From contig NC_057718.1 in the NCBI RefSeq assembly GCF_004010195.1, positions 89,896,128-89,960,127 of the forward strand: a stretch of DNA of 64,000 nucleotides, in the 5' to 3' direction. The notes under the pieces are model-generated. The model was not told the origin of the DNA, ran no database searches, and saw only the letters and a program-made list of their open reading frames with translations. This stretch comes from Chiloscyllium plagiosum. Lineage: Eukaryota. Positions 63,596-64,000 of this stretch are shown here, piece after piece (positions within the stretch are counted from its first letter, which is position 1; each line of letters begins with the position of its first letter). Made by a program: the position numbers and the translations under genes.

Positions 63596-64000
63596 TAACC
63601 TACTTCTTTGACCAAACTTACAGTTGCCACTCCTAATATTACCTCCCGTGGTTCGGTGTCAGACTTTGATAATGCTGATGTGAGGTGATTTCTGTGGGTA
63701 TTTTACATCATTAAAGCGCTTATCAATGCAAATTATCCTGAGCCAGTCAAACACTTGGTGAGCATTTGTACACCACGGTGTCACAGAACTGAAAGCATCT
63801 ACGATTCGAGAAGGATTTGTGGAATAGAAGGGTGTGTGGGTGTAACCAAAGGAACATTTTAACATATTTTCCAAACATCTGACCTTTTATAAAGAAAAGC
63901 ATGGTATAAGGAAAGGTAAAATGATGATGATTGAGACACACATTTGGTGGTAGGATGGTGGGGGGGGGGGGGAAACTGGATATATTCTGGTTCAAAGTGT

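Noticed and set aside
63659..63874. Minus-strand ORF as a further URB2 exon
   Set aside because: No similarity to recalled URB2 and it overlaps repeat-like sequence.

Overview
Eukaryotic, repeat-rich genomic DNA, almost certainly from a cartilaginous fish (inferred from HE1-type V-SINEs and their partner CR1/HER1-type LINEs). Two spliced genes lie tail-to-tail. MEMO1 is on the + strand: 8 coding exons from 6474 to 46325, with the first coding exon upstream of the window. The 3' end of URB2 is on the - strand: 6 coding exons from 62073 down to 49264, with the rest beyond the window. I assembled both by hand from GT-AG boundaries with consistent phases; the ORF track mostly misses them. Introns contain CR1-, RTE-, Rex1- and Penelope-type retroelements, Deu-domain and V-domain SINEs, a TA-flanked MITE and one 500-N assembly gap. 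The main non-obvious signals are: (1) many short, often palindromic, TSD-flanked Penelope-derived inserts carrying minimal hammerhead-ribozyme cores, from at least three sequence families and on both strands; (2) repeated short-range copy-paste duplications, including a MEMO1 splice acceptor plus exon start and a piece of the URB2 3' region, each inserted 1-3 kb away inside older repeats; (3) MEMO1-URB2 adjacency, which differs from human. Protein and repeat-family identifications are from recalled sequences, not database searches, and repeat boundaries are approximate.
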